From positions 378,200,001-378,264,000 of the forward strand of contig OZ024741.1 in assembly GCA_964016885.1 (NCBI GenBank): a DNA stretch of 64,000 nt, in the 5' to 3' direction. Below are positions 27,588 through 41,699 of the stretch, piece after piece (positions within the stretch are counted from its first letter, which is position 1; every line of letters starts with the position of its first letter). The stretch is from Eledone cirrhosa (Eukaryota). Under the pieces are notes generated by a model that was not told the DNA's origin, made no database searches, and saw nothing but the letters and a program-made list of their open reading frames with translations. Position numbers and translations under genes: made by a program.

Positions 27588-28180
27588 AATTAATATATCT
27601 ACCGACATATGTATACAGATGCATACCTACGCTAGCAGATATATATGTTTTGTCTTAGTAACTTTGTAGTTCTATGCAGGGGAATGCAGAACAATTATAT
27701 GAAAGACGTAAATAAGAAAGTTATGAAAATTGACATACTTACTAAAATTTCACTCCAAATAATTAGTTTCTGTAAGGGGATAAATACAGTTATGTAATAC
27801 CTGTAGAGAAGCCTTACGTCATCAGTAGTGGCTAGTCTCTGTCTTAATAGCACCCCTACTCAAAGCTGGTTTACCTCAGTGTCACGTGATTAATTCTTTT
27901 GAATTTGCCACTTGACCAAGGAGGCAGCGAATTTTTCAGGGCTTAGAATCTAGCCCCGCTCGATTTTTTCGCTTTTTTCCATCCACTGAATTATTGTTAT
28001 AAAAGCTTCCAGTGTCCCCGCATTGCCTGGTGGCTTAGCTGAGAATAGACTCCCAGATGACGTAAGGCTTCTCTACAGGTATTACATAACTGTATTTATC
28101 CCCTTACAGAAACTAATTAGTTGGAGTGAAATTTTAGTAAGTAAGTCAATTTTCATAACTTTCTTATTTATGTCTTTCAT
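27586..28180. mobile_element. retrozyme-like element, family B, with inverted arm
   Basis: About 27698-27829 is the reverse complement of about 28050-28180. Homologous to 28546-29200 and 56580-56930. Confidence 0.8.
28049..28127 (+). ncRNA. hammerhead, family B (mirror copy with CTGATGA on minus strand 27752-27829)
   Basis: actcc-CAGATGA-c gtaagg...ccttac a-GAAAC taatta GTT-ggagt. Confidence 0.8.
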
Positions 28181-28189
28181 ATATATATA

Positions 28190-28248
<59 letters not shown>

Positions 28249-28338
28249 GAACCAAATAAATATATATAAAAAAAAGACTCCAGTTGTATTTTCGAATTCA
28301 TTTTACACGCACACATATATATATATATATGTATATAC

Positions 28339-29234
<896 letters not shown>

Positions 29235-29237
<3 letters not shown>

Positions 29238-29567
29238 GGAATAAATGAAACGAAATTTCATTTCCCACTCTTAGTACGGCTGTTACTTAAATATAAGTAT
29301 ATACACGTACATACATATATGTATACAGACGTACAGTAGTATGTATATATATACATACATGCACACATATAGATATATGTACGTATGGATTCACCGAACA
29401 TTTATTATGATGCTCGGTGTGTTTGTATATAAAGATCCCGTATTAAGCCGTAGTGTCTAGCAACCATCTTTACTCGTTTGTTCAACACTGACAAAGGAAC
29501 GCTGTACTAGTTTCAAGCTTATTAGCTATTGTTAGCAACGTATACCTTCCTGCCAGATTATTGAACG

Positions 29568-29570
<3 letters not shown>
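29235..29570 (-). mobile_element. second, partial copy of family C
   Basis: Colinear similarity to 10781-11105. Confidence 0.8.
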
Positions 29571-29606
<36 letters not shown>

Positions 29607-29666
29607 AAAATGAATTTGAAAATACAACTGAAGTCTATTTTTTAAAAATATATATTTATTTGCTTC

Positions 29667-29731
<65 letters not shown>

Positions 29732-29790
29732 AATATAAATGAACCAAATAAATATATATTTATATATATATATATAAATGAACCAAATAA

Positions 29791-29825
<35 letters not shown>

Positions 29826-29828
<3 letters not shown>

Positions 29829-30040
29829 CGGAGGAAGTGTGGTAAGGAACCGGGTGGACCATAACGCACCAAAGTACTCAATACTTAGGGTAGTACAGTG
29901 GGTAATAGGAACGAGTAGGACCCCGACTGCTGAGCTCAAGCCGCTTCGACGGCTAATTCTGGACTAAAAAAGTTTTTATATTTTCAGTCCAGAATTAGCC
30001 GTCGACACGGCTTGAGCTCAGCCGTCGGGTCCTACTCGTT

Positions 30041-30045
<5 letters not shown>
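29826..30045. mobile_element. Naiad pLTR tail with short fold-back
   Basis: Matches 30078-30220. 29904-29970 is inverted at 29983-30045. Confidence 0.8.
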
Positions 30046-30079
<34 letters not shown>

Positions 30080-30170
30080 CGAAGGAAATGTGGTAAGGAA
30101 CCAGGTGGACCATAACGCACCAAAGTACTCAATAGTTAGGGTAGTAGAGTGGGTAATAGGAACAAGTAAG

Positions 30171-30264
30171 ACCCCGACGGCTGAGCTCAAGCCGTTTCGA
30201 CGGCTAATTCTGGACTGAATAAAAATTTATTCAGGTATTTAAATAGCCGAGCTTATCAAGGGGT
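30171..30264 (-). ncRNA. hammerhead (U3-A8) with extended stems II and III in the Naiad pLTR
   Basis: acccc-TTGATAA-gctcggctattt..aattagccgtc-GAAAC ggct tgagctc agcc GTC-ggggt. Confidence 0.88.
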
Positions 30265-30651
30265 AATTCCATATATGGTCAAAGAGATAATCACCAGGAT
30301 TGGTCACATCACAATTTAGTAGTAAATCTGTGATGTCAAATTGGTGGGGGAAGGCGTAGCTGAACCTGCCGGTAGGAGAAAAAGGGAGTGGGGGTGGAGT
30401 AGACCCATTCATGCGTTGGTAGTGCCGGCTACAGCTGGGTGTGAGGTCAAAGAAGATACAGGGGAGGTGGAGGGGGAGGAAGTCGAAACGGTAAGTAAAA
30501 CAAAGCAGGGTAAAACTATAAAAAGTACTGAGAGACAAAAAAAATAAGCAAAGTCTGGTTACTAAGACTTAAGTCTCTCGCTATTGCTGGGCTAAACAAA
30601 TACATAAATAAATAAACAAATAAGTGAATAAAAGAATAGATAAATATATAA

Positions 30652-30682
<31 letters not shown>

Positions 30683-31438
30683 TAATGAAGATTAAAAATA
30701 AATAAAAATAAACTAGGTGGGACGGAAATAAAGGGACCCTTATACGAGGTATAAGTGCGTGTATCGTACGGTGACGGGTCAACAAAGGGTGGGGGGTGGG
30801 GGGGGGGGCAACATACTAAAGAGACTACCACGAAATAATAAAGGTTTCTACCCCAATCACAGGGCCACCAACCACCCAGAGCAAGAAAGTAAACTAGTAC
30901 GAGAATATAATTCAGGGTCCCGTAAAAAAAAATACTCGGTACCGCCACGAAACAGAAAGTCTTATACAAGCTACATGAAAGATCGTACGAAGTAAAAGTA
31001 AAGAACGGAGAATTAATACAGAACACCCCCACCCCCCCAAAAAAAGGAAAAAGAGGAAAGAAATACTGGATAAACGAGAAATTAAAGCAAAGATGCCACT
31101 AAAAAATATAGAAGGCACGGAAAAAAGGCACAGCGGTCGGAGAAGGGGGCAAGTATCCAAAGTCTAACACCTCTGCTATAAAAAGCGGAGTCAGCCAAAT
31201 CTATCGTAGAATAGGGGAGGGGGTGGTGGTGCTGAAGCTACAAAGGACCGAGGGGCTACCTCGGGTGGGCGAGAAAAAGACGACGACAAAGAAAGGGAAC
31301 TGGGGTAGAAGGTCTAGGGAGGGATGGGGGGAAGGAGGAAATATAGAGACGATAAAAAATGTAAAAGATCTTACGTCTCCATTGGCAAGCAGAGGTTACC
31401 CCTTACAAAATAGGCAAGTGGGGTGTTATAGCCCTAGT

Positions 31439-32525
31439 CTACCCCCGCGGGTCATTATGGGGTTTGAGGGCGAGGTAAGTCCTACGTAATCGGTGTTTAC
31501 ATGCAGTAACCAGTTCATCTTTCTTGTTTAGGAGTTGGTCCGTCGAAAACAGCATTTGTAAAGTTTTCCTCCGTGCATAAATTGCACGGACGCCGTCCTC
31601 CCGTGTAAGAGTTGGCTCTGGACAGTAATTTCCAAGTGAGATCATAGTTGATGTTGTTGTCCTTGAGGTCCCATATGTGGCCCGAAAGTGTAGTGGCGTG
31701 ACGCCGGGCCGGGTTTCGGAAGGTATGTCTGTGTTGGTATAGCCGGGTCTTGAAGTCACATGCGGTTAATCCTATATAAGCTTTGTTGGAGGTGTCCGTG
31801 CTCACGTTGCACTGGTAGATCACATTACGGTCTCTGCATCTGTTGTCGAGGGGGCAAATGGATCTATCAGGACAGTTGCACCTCCTGGTCGGCTCTCCAC
31901 TGCTATTTAGGTTGTTTCTTCCATCGGGGTTGAGTTTTTTGTTGTTGGAGGAGACCATGTTTTGTGCGAAGTTAGGTGTAGTGCTGTAAGAGAGTTTGAT
32001 GGTATTTTTGTTAATTATGTTGTGGTAGCGGTGTTGTGGTGGGAAGTGTTTTTCAATGAGCCTAAAGAAAATTTTCCCGATGGGAGTTGTCACCTCGGCG
32101 TTGTGGGGAGGATTGAACCATGTTACATTGCGTGAGCGGCGGTGTCGCCTGCTGGTTCTGCTAATGGGAGCTGGACAGTATGATATTTCCTCCCGGAAGC
32201 CACTTCGCTTGAGGGCCTGGTTGTAGTAAGGCGCATGTTCATCGAATATCTTCTCTTTGGCTGACAAACGGGATATGCGGAGGGAGATGTTTTTGACCAG
32301 GTTGTTGGTGATGTTCCTAGGATGGTTAGATCGGCGGTGGATGTAGTGCAGGTTGTCATTGGGTTTCCTGTATGGGTAGTACAGGTCATTATTGAGATCG
32401 AGGGTAACGTCCAGGAAATTAACTCGGGTCAGGGACGTTTGTAGGGTTATTTTAAATCCCCAGTCGCGGAAGAAGCTGATTAATTGTTTACGGACCAGAT
32501 CTGTACTACTGGGATTGTACCCTTT
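31439..32525 (-). pseudogene. Naiad RT thumb, CNC..CPL linker and GIY-YIG
   Basis: DLVRKQLISFF..GFKIT..VNFLDVTLDL..PYRKPND..SNHP, WFNPP, IKLSYS, CNCPDRSICPLDNRC, VIYQC..YIGLT..FKTRLYQH, CNLCTEE, then a frameshift to LLNKKDELVTACKH. No CCHH insert in the endonuclease, which is characteristic of Naiad. Confidence 0.9.
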
Positions 32526-32531
32526 AGGGTA

Positions 32532-33134
<603 letters not shown>

Positions 33135-33174
33135 ACAGATAGGTAGATAGATATACATAAATATATGTGTGTGT

Positions 33175-33240
<66 letters not shown>

Positions 33241-33685
33241 ATGCATATACAAACATACTCACAGATGTATAGGCATGCATATCATGTGTTCGTAATGTTT
33301 ATTTATACATTCATACGCATCTATAACCTGTATTATGTGACGCCTGTTTCTTTATATTCCGTATTGCAAAGAAGTGATATTTGAAGTTATTTCCTTTCAA
33401 ATAACATTTCTAAGATAGGTTTAACATGTTTACATATATTTATATAACATAACCATATATTTTAAATGTATTCCATAGTATTTCTTTCATTTAAACAAAT
33501 ATGTAATTAGGTATTATTAAAGATATATAAATATGAAAGCACTGTTACAGCTCTATTAGGACATGCGGTTTGGTATCAATTGGTATTTGAAAGAAGTACA
33601 AACGTAAACCAGACATATATACATGGATTCATGCGCATATATTATTATGTGCCTGTATATATATGTATGTATGTGTGTGTATGAA

Positions 33686-33761
<76 letters not shown>

Positions 33762-33764
<3 letters not shown>

Positions 33765-33922
33765 CGAAGGAGGTGTGGTAAGGAACCAGATGGACGATAA
33801 CGCACCAGAGTACTCAATATTTAGTGTAGTAGAGTGGGTAGTAGGAAATAGTTAGACCCTGACGGCAGAACTCAAGTCGTTTCGACGGCTATTTCTGCCG
33901 TCGGGATCTAACTTTTTCCTAT
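33762..33922 (-). mobile_element. Naiad pLTR tail fragment with fold-back
   Basis: Matches 30078-30210. Same terminus as the other copies. Confidence 0.8.
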
Positions 33923-34079
33923 ATATATACATATATAATGTCAAATGTTAAAATGATGCGATACCACGTTTTGTTATACTGGAGATATAATTGTCGGTCC
34001 TCCGGCTAACGAAGCATACGTAGCTTCTATGGTACCATTGTTTTAATTTGAGATAATAATTATGTTTAAATTCGCCCAT

Positions 34080-37000
34080 TGTGTTGTGCTATAAATTAGA
34101 TATATTTACCTACTCATCTCTCCAACCTCATCTTCACTAAAACAATATACACCAGTCACATTAAGTTGCTGTCTCTACCACGACCACATTGGGCATCAAG
34201 TTTGACCCCAGCTCTTATTCTGCTCCCACGACTGTGCCCATCCTTACCCGCTCCTCTCGACAGCTCATGCGGGCAACATTCGATCAACTCTCGCCCAAAT
34301 CAGTTCTCTCTACCGAGATCTTCTCAAGGCCTACCTCCATCTCTCCTCCACTTGCCACTCTTTCGTCGGGCAATCGCTTATCCAATTCATCCTCTACCTG
34401 GATCGCTTCCTTTTCAATTTCCTCACTACCATCAAAAAACACAAACTCGACTCTCTCCGCTCTCCGCCTGCCGTCACCACCCATAATCTTATCACTTCCA
34501 ACCCTATCCCCTCTATCCCGCCACCTACTATCGCCTTTCTTCTTCCCACCACTGAATCTGCACAAGTTTTGCCCAACCACCTTATTCCCCCGCCTCCCTC
34601 ACGTCCCTGCACAGTAGTCACCATACCCCAGAACCTACCACTCCCCGAAGCTGAGTGCTCCCTCCTCACCCGTGGTTTGCGACGTGTCCCGCACACGTGC
34701 CGATATTGAAAGTTTCTTCCGTTGATCAAAGCTGAAAGTTTTTTTTCACGATACGCCATCATCGACACAGACGGATGACTTCACTCCTCTCAGTCACCGG
34801 AAATCACATTGGACGCCAATCTCTGGCCAGTTCAGCACCCTCAACTCATTTTTCGATACTTGCCAGCGTACTGTGAATCGGTTCCGTTTCCACCAGCATT
34901 CTCGTCGTTCTAAAATCACGCGGACTGAGCTCTCCGTTATTCGCAACCTTCGGCGTCGTGATGACATTGTCATCAAACCCGCTGACAAACGTGATGCAGT
35001 GTGGTTTGAAGCGCTGACCTCTATAGGGCTGAGGCTCTCCGCCAGCTTCACAATACCCTTTATTACCGCCCTTTATCCCCCGACCCCATCCTGGCTACCA
35101 ATAATTCATGTCCTCCACCATCCAGGAGCTCATCTCCTCTTCTCTCCTACCCCTACAACCACCAAACGTATTGTACGCACCCCTCGCACACCCACCATCT
35201 ACTTCCTCCCCAAAATACACAAACAAAATAGTCCCGGCCGTCCTATTGTTTCTGCGTGCAACTGCCCCACCGAGATAATTTCTGAACATTCAGAGACCAT
35301 CCTCGCCCCGTTGGTCGGCAATCTCCCCTCCCACATCCATGATACACATCATTCACGTAGACTTTTCAACTAATACTCCTTCCCTCCTGGTCCCTCTCAC
35401 ATCCTATTTATCCTGGACATCACGTCTCTCTATACCGTCATCCATCATGATGACGGACTCCACGGTCTCCAACACTTTTTTATAATTACCCCTTACCCCA
35501 TCACTACCACTCTTCTCCGTCAAGCTGAGCTTATTCTCACCCTCAATGGCTTTTCTTTTTCGGATGAATCCTATCGGCAGGTCTCTGGGCTAGCGATGGG
35601 AACCAGAATGGATCCAAACTATGCCAAATTGTTTGTTGGCTACGTCGAAGCTCAGATCTTCTCCCAGTACACTGGACAGAATCCTGAGCTAGATCCTGCT
35701 CTCACTTTCACGGCCTCCGTCTCCGATTCTTCTATTGCTTTTCTATATATCTGTCTATCTATTAATCACTCACCACACCCTCTCTACTTCCAACTTCATT
35801 AAACCAACAGACTCCTAATCTTACGTCGAATTCACCTCCTCGCATCAAACCCACACCAAACACTCCATACCATATTGCCAATTGTTCCGTCTTCGCCTGC
35901 TCTGTAGCAGCCAGGACGACGATTTCGAAACCCATTCCTTTCGCATGGCCTCCTGCTTTATCCAGCGTCAATAACCCCCAGGCTGCTCTCACTCGTGCCC
36001 TTGAAACAGACCGCACCACAACCCTCTCACCTCACCCCCGCCCTCCCAACACCCGTGTTCCTTTCCCTCTCACCTACCACCCCACCACCTACCACTCCGG
36101 TGACAAATGCTCCGTTCCTTCCGCATCCTCTCTTCTAACCTCCTCACTTCTCGCTTTATTCCAAACACACATATTACTGCTTTTAAACGCGCCAGCAGCC
36201 TCCGCGACCTCCTGGTTCGCAGTTCCTTCTCGTTCTCTCCCACGACTCGGCCCGTCTCTCTTCCTTGTTCCCGTTCCCGCTGCAACACATGTCCCTTCAT
36301 TTCCACCCTCACCAATCTTACAAACTCTAACGGGTCTTTCCGTACGCACCACCTTTTCACCTACAAATCCACCTACGTTGTCTATGCCTTTCGGTGTTCT
36401 ATTTTCGGGTCCTTATATATCGGACAAACGGGATGCCGTATGGCGGAGCCTTTTGGGGAGCCTTTGAGGGACATACGGCTCGGTTAAGATACTCCTGTCG
36501 CCCATCATTTCTCTTCTCCTGGTCATTCTTCCCTATATGTTTCAGTCCTTGGTGTCCTTTTACATCATGGATCACATGCCTCGGACACAAAAACTGAACA
36601 AATTCTGATTCACCGCCTTGGGTCCTATTCCCCTCTTGGACTCAACTCACCTCCCCAATTTCTCTAATACCGTTATCACACCCCGAAATTCCAATCGCTT
36701 TCCCCTGATCAGTAATATCTTCTCTTACAAATAATACAAGCCGACTATATATGCTCACTCCGCTCGGTATACACACATACACACCCTTATATTAATATAC
36801 TTTGGCTCATAACGTCGTTCTACATTCACACACACTATTTATCTCACATATATACACATTTCTTCTTAGCTTCGTACGGACGTATAACAACAACACATAC
36901 ACACAAGCTTACACACGTGCACATGTATAGCTCTTTTTACAAAACGTTTTTTTTTACATTTCAGGTAGACACGCTCCATCATCCACTTTTCAAAAAAATA

Positions 37001-37230
37001 AGTCATGCACGAAATGCCAGCACCATTATCTAAGGCTTTTTTTTTTCAATTATAAACCGCCCGTCCCCTCAATCTATCTTATTTCTCATTCTTTCTTCTA
37101 ATGAAGGACTAGCGTCCCAAATGTTAAATCCTCTTCCAGCTATATCAAGCGTTAACCTAATATATTACGTCTATATACTCTACCAAACCGATTGTGTTGT
37201 TATTTCTGTTTAACCTTTACACACATATGT
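34080..37230 (+). mobile_element. decayed Neptune-type PLE (second family)
   Basis: IVIKPADK, IYFLPKIHK..PGRPIVS, LDITSLYT, GLAMGTRMDPNYAKLFVG (the YxDD segment appears deleted), PCSRSRCNTC, VVYAFRCS..LYIGQTG. Decayed HHR ctaatga-aggac tagc gtcc-caaa at about 37098. Confidence 0.88.
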
Positions 37231-37300
37231 ATATAGTAATAAGAATTTAGAATACACAAAATCCGAAGAAGACTCAATTAAGATTGTATATATATATATC

Positions 37301-37410
37301 CCTTGCCATTCTGAGTTCAAATCCCGCCGATAAAATCCTTACGAAATCGATAAAATAAAGTACCAGTAATATACTGGGTAATTGCTTGCCTTGTGCCAAA
37401 AGTATAAACA
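37301..37410 (+). mobile_element. truncated tRNA-derived SINE
   Basis: gagttcaaatcccgccga...gataaaataaagtaccag...gccttgtgccaa. Confidence 0.75.
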
Positions 37411-37504
37411 AGTATATATATATATATATATATATATTTCGTTTCTGAATTTGTTTAGCAAGATTCTTTATCTGAAATCGTGTGTTGAAACCGATATTAT
37501 TATA

Positions 37505-38002
37505 CTTTGGGAGGGTCATGTTGCCAATAAGAAACACACGCACCAGTCTTTTCACTTCAATTTATTATAATAAATTTATAAATTTAGGAATTTATAAATT
37601 TCTGGTTGGTTCGTTGGTTCCACAACCAGATAGTTGTTTATATATTGTCAAAGTTCTTTCGTCACACATTATGTGACCTCTTCAGTGACTGGGGATTATT
37701 TTCTTTGTTTTTGTGCCTCTCCTTTGTTCTGTCCTACGCCATTTTGTTTCTGTCAGAAACAAAATGGCGTAGGACAGAACAAAGGAGAGGCACAAAAACA
37801 AAGAAAATAATCCCCAGTCACTGAAGAGGTCACATAATGTGTGACGAAAGAACTTTGACAATATATAAACAACTATCTGGTTGTGGAACCAACGAACCAA
37901 CCAGAAATTTATGAATTCCTAAATTTATAAATTTATTATAATAAATTGAAGTGAAAGCATCTGGTGCGTGTGTTTCTTATTGGCAACATGACCCTCCCAA
38001 AG
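37505..38002. repeat. about 498 bp near-perfect palindrome of a PLE pLTR
   Basis: Centre at 37753 (ttctg-t-cagaa). ORFs 37606+ and 37900- are mirror images. Arms are homologous to 11572-11825. Confidence 0.95.
37817..37859 (+). ncRNA. minimal hammerhead (mirror copy 37647-37689 on minus strand)
   Basis: gtca-CTGAAGA-g gtcaca taatg tgtgac-GAAAG aa CTT-tgac. Confidence 0.75.
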
Positions 38003-38009
38003 AATAACA

Positions 38010-38541
<532 letters not shown>

Positions 38542-38593
38542 GAATATTTATATATATATATATATCTACATATATATGTGTATGTGTGTGTGT

Positions 38594-39324
38594 AAATTAG
38601 AATTGGTGCTCTGAATTAGCGAACATTATGTGTGTTGGATTCTTATAGTAACAATCAGGAACTGATTTTACAGAACGGTCGCCAGCCCACCAGAAATAAA
38701 AAAACTAGAATTGGTGCTCTGAAATACCGATATATATATATGAATGTATATATAGTGTAATTTGCAATACAGTGTTTGCTTAATTAAAAGCATTTTGAAG
38801 ACCATACGCTATTGTTTTAAAGTGTCGCTTACTTCAATTTTCGGCAGACAGAGGGAGATAAGTTGACAGCGCTGTTTCGTACTATTTGGTACTTATCAAA
38901 ACTCACTACTCTCCCCGTTTGCTAAAAGTTATGTGTGTTGGATTCTTATATTCCAGTAACATTCAGGAACTGATTTTACAGAGCGGTCACCAGTCCAGCA
39001 GAAATTGAAAATTAGAATTGGTCCTTTGAAATAGCGATATATTTATGAATGTATCTTTTCGGCAGACGGGGAGAGTAGTGAGTTTTGATAAGTACCAAAT
39101 AGTACGAAATAGTGCTGCCAAATTATCTCCCCCTGTCTGCCGAAAATTTAAGTAAGCGACACTGTCGCTACTTTAAAACAATACCGTATGGTCTTCGAAA
39201 TGCTTTCAATTAAGCATACAGTGTTTTGCAAAATACACTATATATACATTCATATATATATCGGTATTTCAGAGCACCAATTCTAATTTTCAATTTCTGC
39301 AGGGCCGGCGACCGCTCTGTAAAA
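38594..39324. mobile_element. retrozyme-like element, family A' (about 303 nt tandem period on minus strand, inverted arm 39055-39324)
   Basis: ttatgtgtgttggattcttata at about 38626 and 38929. Shares aaaacaata.c.tatggtcttc.aaatgcttt.aattaagca and atttcagagc.ccaattctaat with family A. Confidence 0.88.
38861..38903 (-). ncRNA. intact hammerhead (U3-A8), family A' (decayed mirror 39081-39123)
   Basis: agtt-TTGATAA-gtac caaata gtac-GAAAC agcgct GTC-aact, enclosed by the long stem ttttcggcagac../..gtctgccgaaaa. Confidence 0.9.
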
Positions 39325-41063
39325 AAGGAGATGGTGGTTTCTTATGGTTTACTTTATTATTATTATTGTTGGTTTGATGTTTTGGTGGTATAGTTATATT
39401 ATTTTTATACTCATATGCGTTGTACGCACTTATATTCTGTTGTATATTTTTGGTAGTGGAGTAGGAACATTTGAGAGTAGATCTATTTAAAATTTGATGG
39501 TATTTATGGTTTGGTGGGAAATTCTTCTCTAGGATAGCAAATCATTTTTTAGGGATATGGTATTCCATGTGTAGATTAAATGGAGCATTATACCAACCAT
39601 AATAATACTAAAATCAAACCATAACATACCCCCATCTCCTTCACCTATAACAGGTCCTGTAAACTCCACACCAATTTTGACTAACTCCCCTGATATACTA
39701 TTTACGAATGGTTGTAACTGTAGAATCAAAAGAAATTGCCCATTAAAGGGAAATTGTCTTATTAATAACATAGTCTATACATGTAAAATTAGCACTAAGG
39801 AGCCCATTCATTCATATATAGGAGCGACGTCTAACCAATTTAAAGTAAGATTTAATACCCACAAACATAGTTTTAAAAATGCCGCATTAGCTAATACAAC
39901 ATCCTTTGCCGAAGCAATTAATAATTATAGAAAGAAGAACATTGATTATAACCTGACCTGGAGCGTGCTTAAAGGGGCCACCCTTTATCAAAATAGCAGA
40001 TACCAGTGTAGGTTATGCTCCCAAGAACTTTATGAAATCATGAAATCTAAGGATATCCTATTAAATAAGCGACAGAAGTTAATTACATCTTGCAATCATA
40101 GAATTAGAAAAACCTTCAAATATTATAAACCTATTTAATATATACCTTACTCTTATATTTTACAAATTATTATAATTGTTTTGTTTTTTTAATTTAGTTA
40201 ACCTATAATTAGTATTTTACTACAGAGAATTTCATAATTTTATTTCCCTCTTACAGCTCTCTTTTACAAAAATTATTTTTAACCTCACTATTTCATTTAA
40301 TTGCATCCCATATTTATCACATTTAATACCTATGATTATTAATTATAATTAATATCTTTAATATCATCAATGTCCGTATAGATACAATACTCTTTATAAA
40401 CTTGTTCATCTATCTCAGTTTTTCCATATATATTTTTTTATTGCTTTAATCTTTTACTTCTTTATTTATCACATTCATATGAATCAATATAATTTTATCC
40501 CTATAAGTATACCTATCAATTAATTTAATTTCCTGTTATGTATCCATATTCCTTGTAGTTTAAATAAGATTGGTATTTGTCACTAATACCCTTATCCCCC
40601 CAAAAATTGTTTTCCTTCGTTTTTAACAACATTCTTTAATAACGACAAATGTTCGTGTACACTTCACTATCTTCTTGACTTGACCTCATTTTATCCTCCG
40701 CATTGTATTCTTTTCATTCATAGCATTAATCTGCAATCCTCCACTCCTAGATTTAATTTCTAATACTGTTATTCGATCAACTTGACCTCTAAATCATTTA
40801 TATTGGTCAATTCAAAATCTGTTCCCAAACAGACTCTTTATATCAATTCTTTGACTTTTTCAATAAACACATCTCATCATTTCTGAGGACGGCATATATA
40901 TGTGAAGGTATATATATTTTCTCTGATAAGTTGTTATAGTTTTACATAGGTCTTAAACATGATATACATACCAACACACATATACATCCCAGAAACGATG
41001 GTAAAATGATGAATGTTTTGATATAAGGAACTTGTTCTTTGTTTGTATTTCAATGTTTTATTA

Positions 41064-41068
<5 letters not shown>
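39325..41068 (+). mobile_element. Naiad-type PLE copy 2 (3' fragment with inverted 5' piece)
   Basis: 39677-40138 GCNCRIKRNCPLKGNC..IVYTC..YIGAT..FKVRFNTH..CRLCSQE..LLNKR..SCNHR. 39325-39531 on minus encodes EKNFPPNHKYHQILNRSTLKCSYSTTKN. Confidence 0.88.
40875..41011 (+). ncRNA. hammerhead with about 100 nt stem II domain in the Naiad copy 2 pLTR
   Basis: catcattt-CTGAGGA-c...a-GAAAC gatg GTA-aaatgatg (8 bp perfect stem I). Confidence 0.75.
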
Positions 41069-41102
<34 letters not shown>

Positions 41103-41190
41103 GATAAGCAGAACAAGTAAAATTCAATCAATTTTTCAAAATACATTAAAAAATATAATATAAATATTTACCTCTTCTATATATATATAT

Positions 41191-41386
41191 TACACCGGGT
41201 GTATCAAATAAAATATATATATTTTTAAACAATCGACCGTATAATAAATGCAGTAACTTGTACATATTTGAATATAAAGTTTCCTTAATTTTTTATAATA
41301 TTTTATAAATTTTATAGATATTTCCCTATTGACCATTTGTAAATATTCTTAATAAATTTGGATGATTCCATTTGATACAACCTGTA
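41191..41386. mobile_element. Tc1/mariner-type MITE
   Basis: Imperfect TIRs tacaccgggtgtatcaaat / atttgatacaacctgta with TA flanks and an AT-rich interior. Confidence 0.55.
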
Positions 41387-41699
41387 TATATATATGACTG
41401 AGCAGTTGCTAATAACCATCTATTTAAATGGAATTGGATGTTTGCTGTTATGAATAATAATCTACCCGGAAATGATGGGGCACTATAATGCTGACATCCC
41501 GATCATCTTAGTAAAAATTGCAATCCTCGTGATTTCCGAGAGGCGTGCGTAATGGTTACAGTTTCCAAACAAAGGAAGAACTTACATGGTAGTGTTGTCA
41601 GAAATAAACTATGTTTCAAATGTCAGTCAGGGGTGCGAAATCTACTCATTTCAACACCTTGATTTCGAAAGCAAACGATGTCTTTAACGACGTTTTTGC

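Larger units (their letters stand above)
30078..32530 (-). mobile_element. Naiad-type PLE copy 1, 5'-truncated within the RT, with about 1.4 kb 3'UTR/pLTR
   Basis: Coding motifs listed in the pseudogene entry below. The pLTR ends in (TA)n at 30078. Confidence 0.9.
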
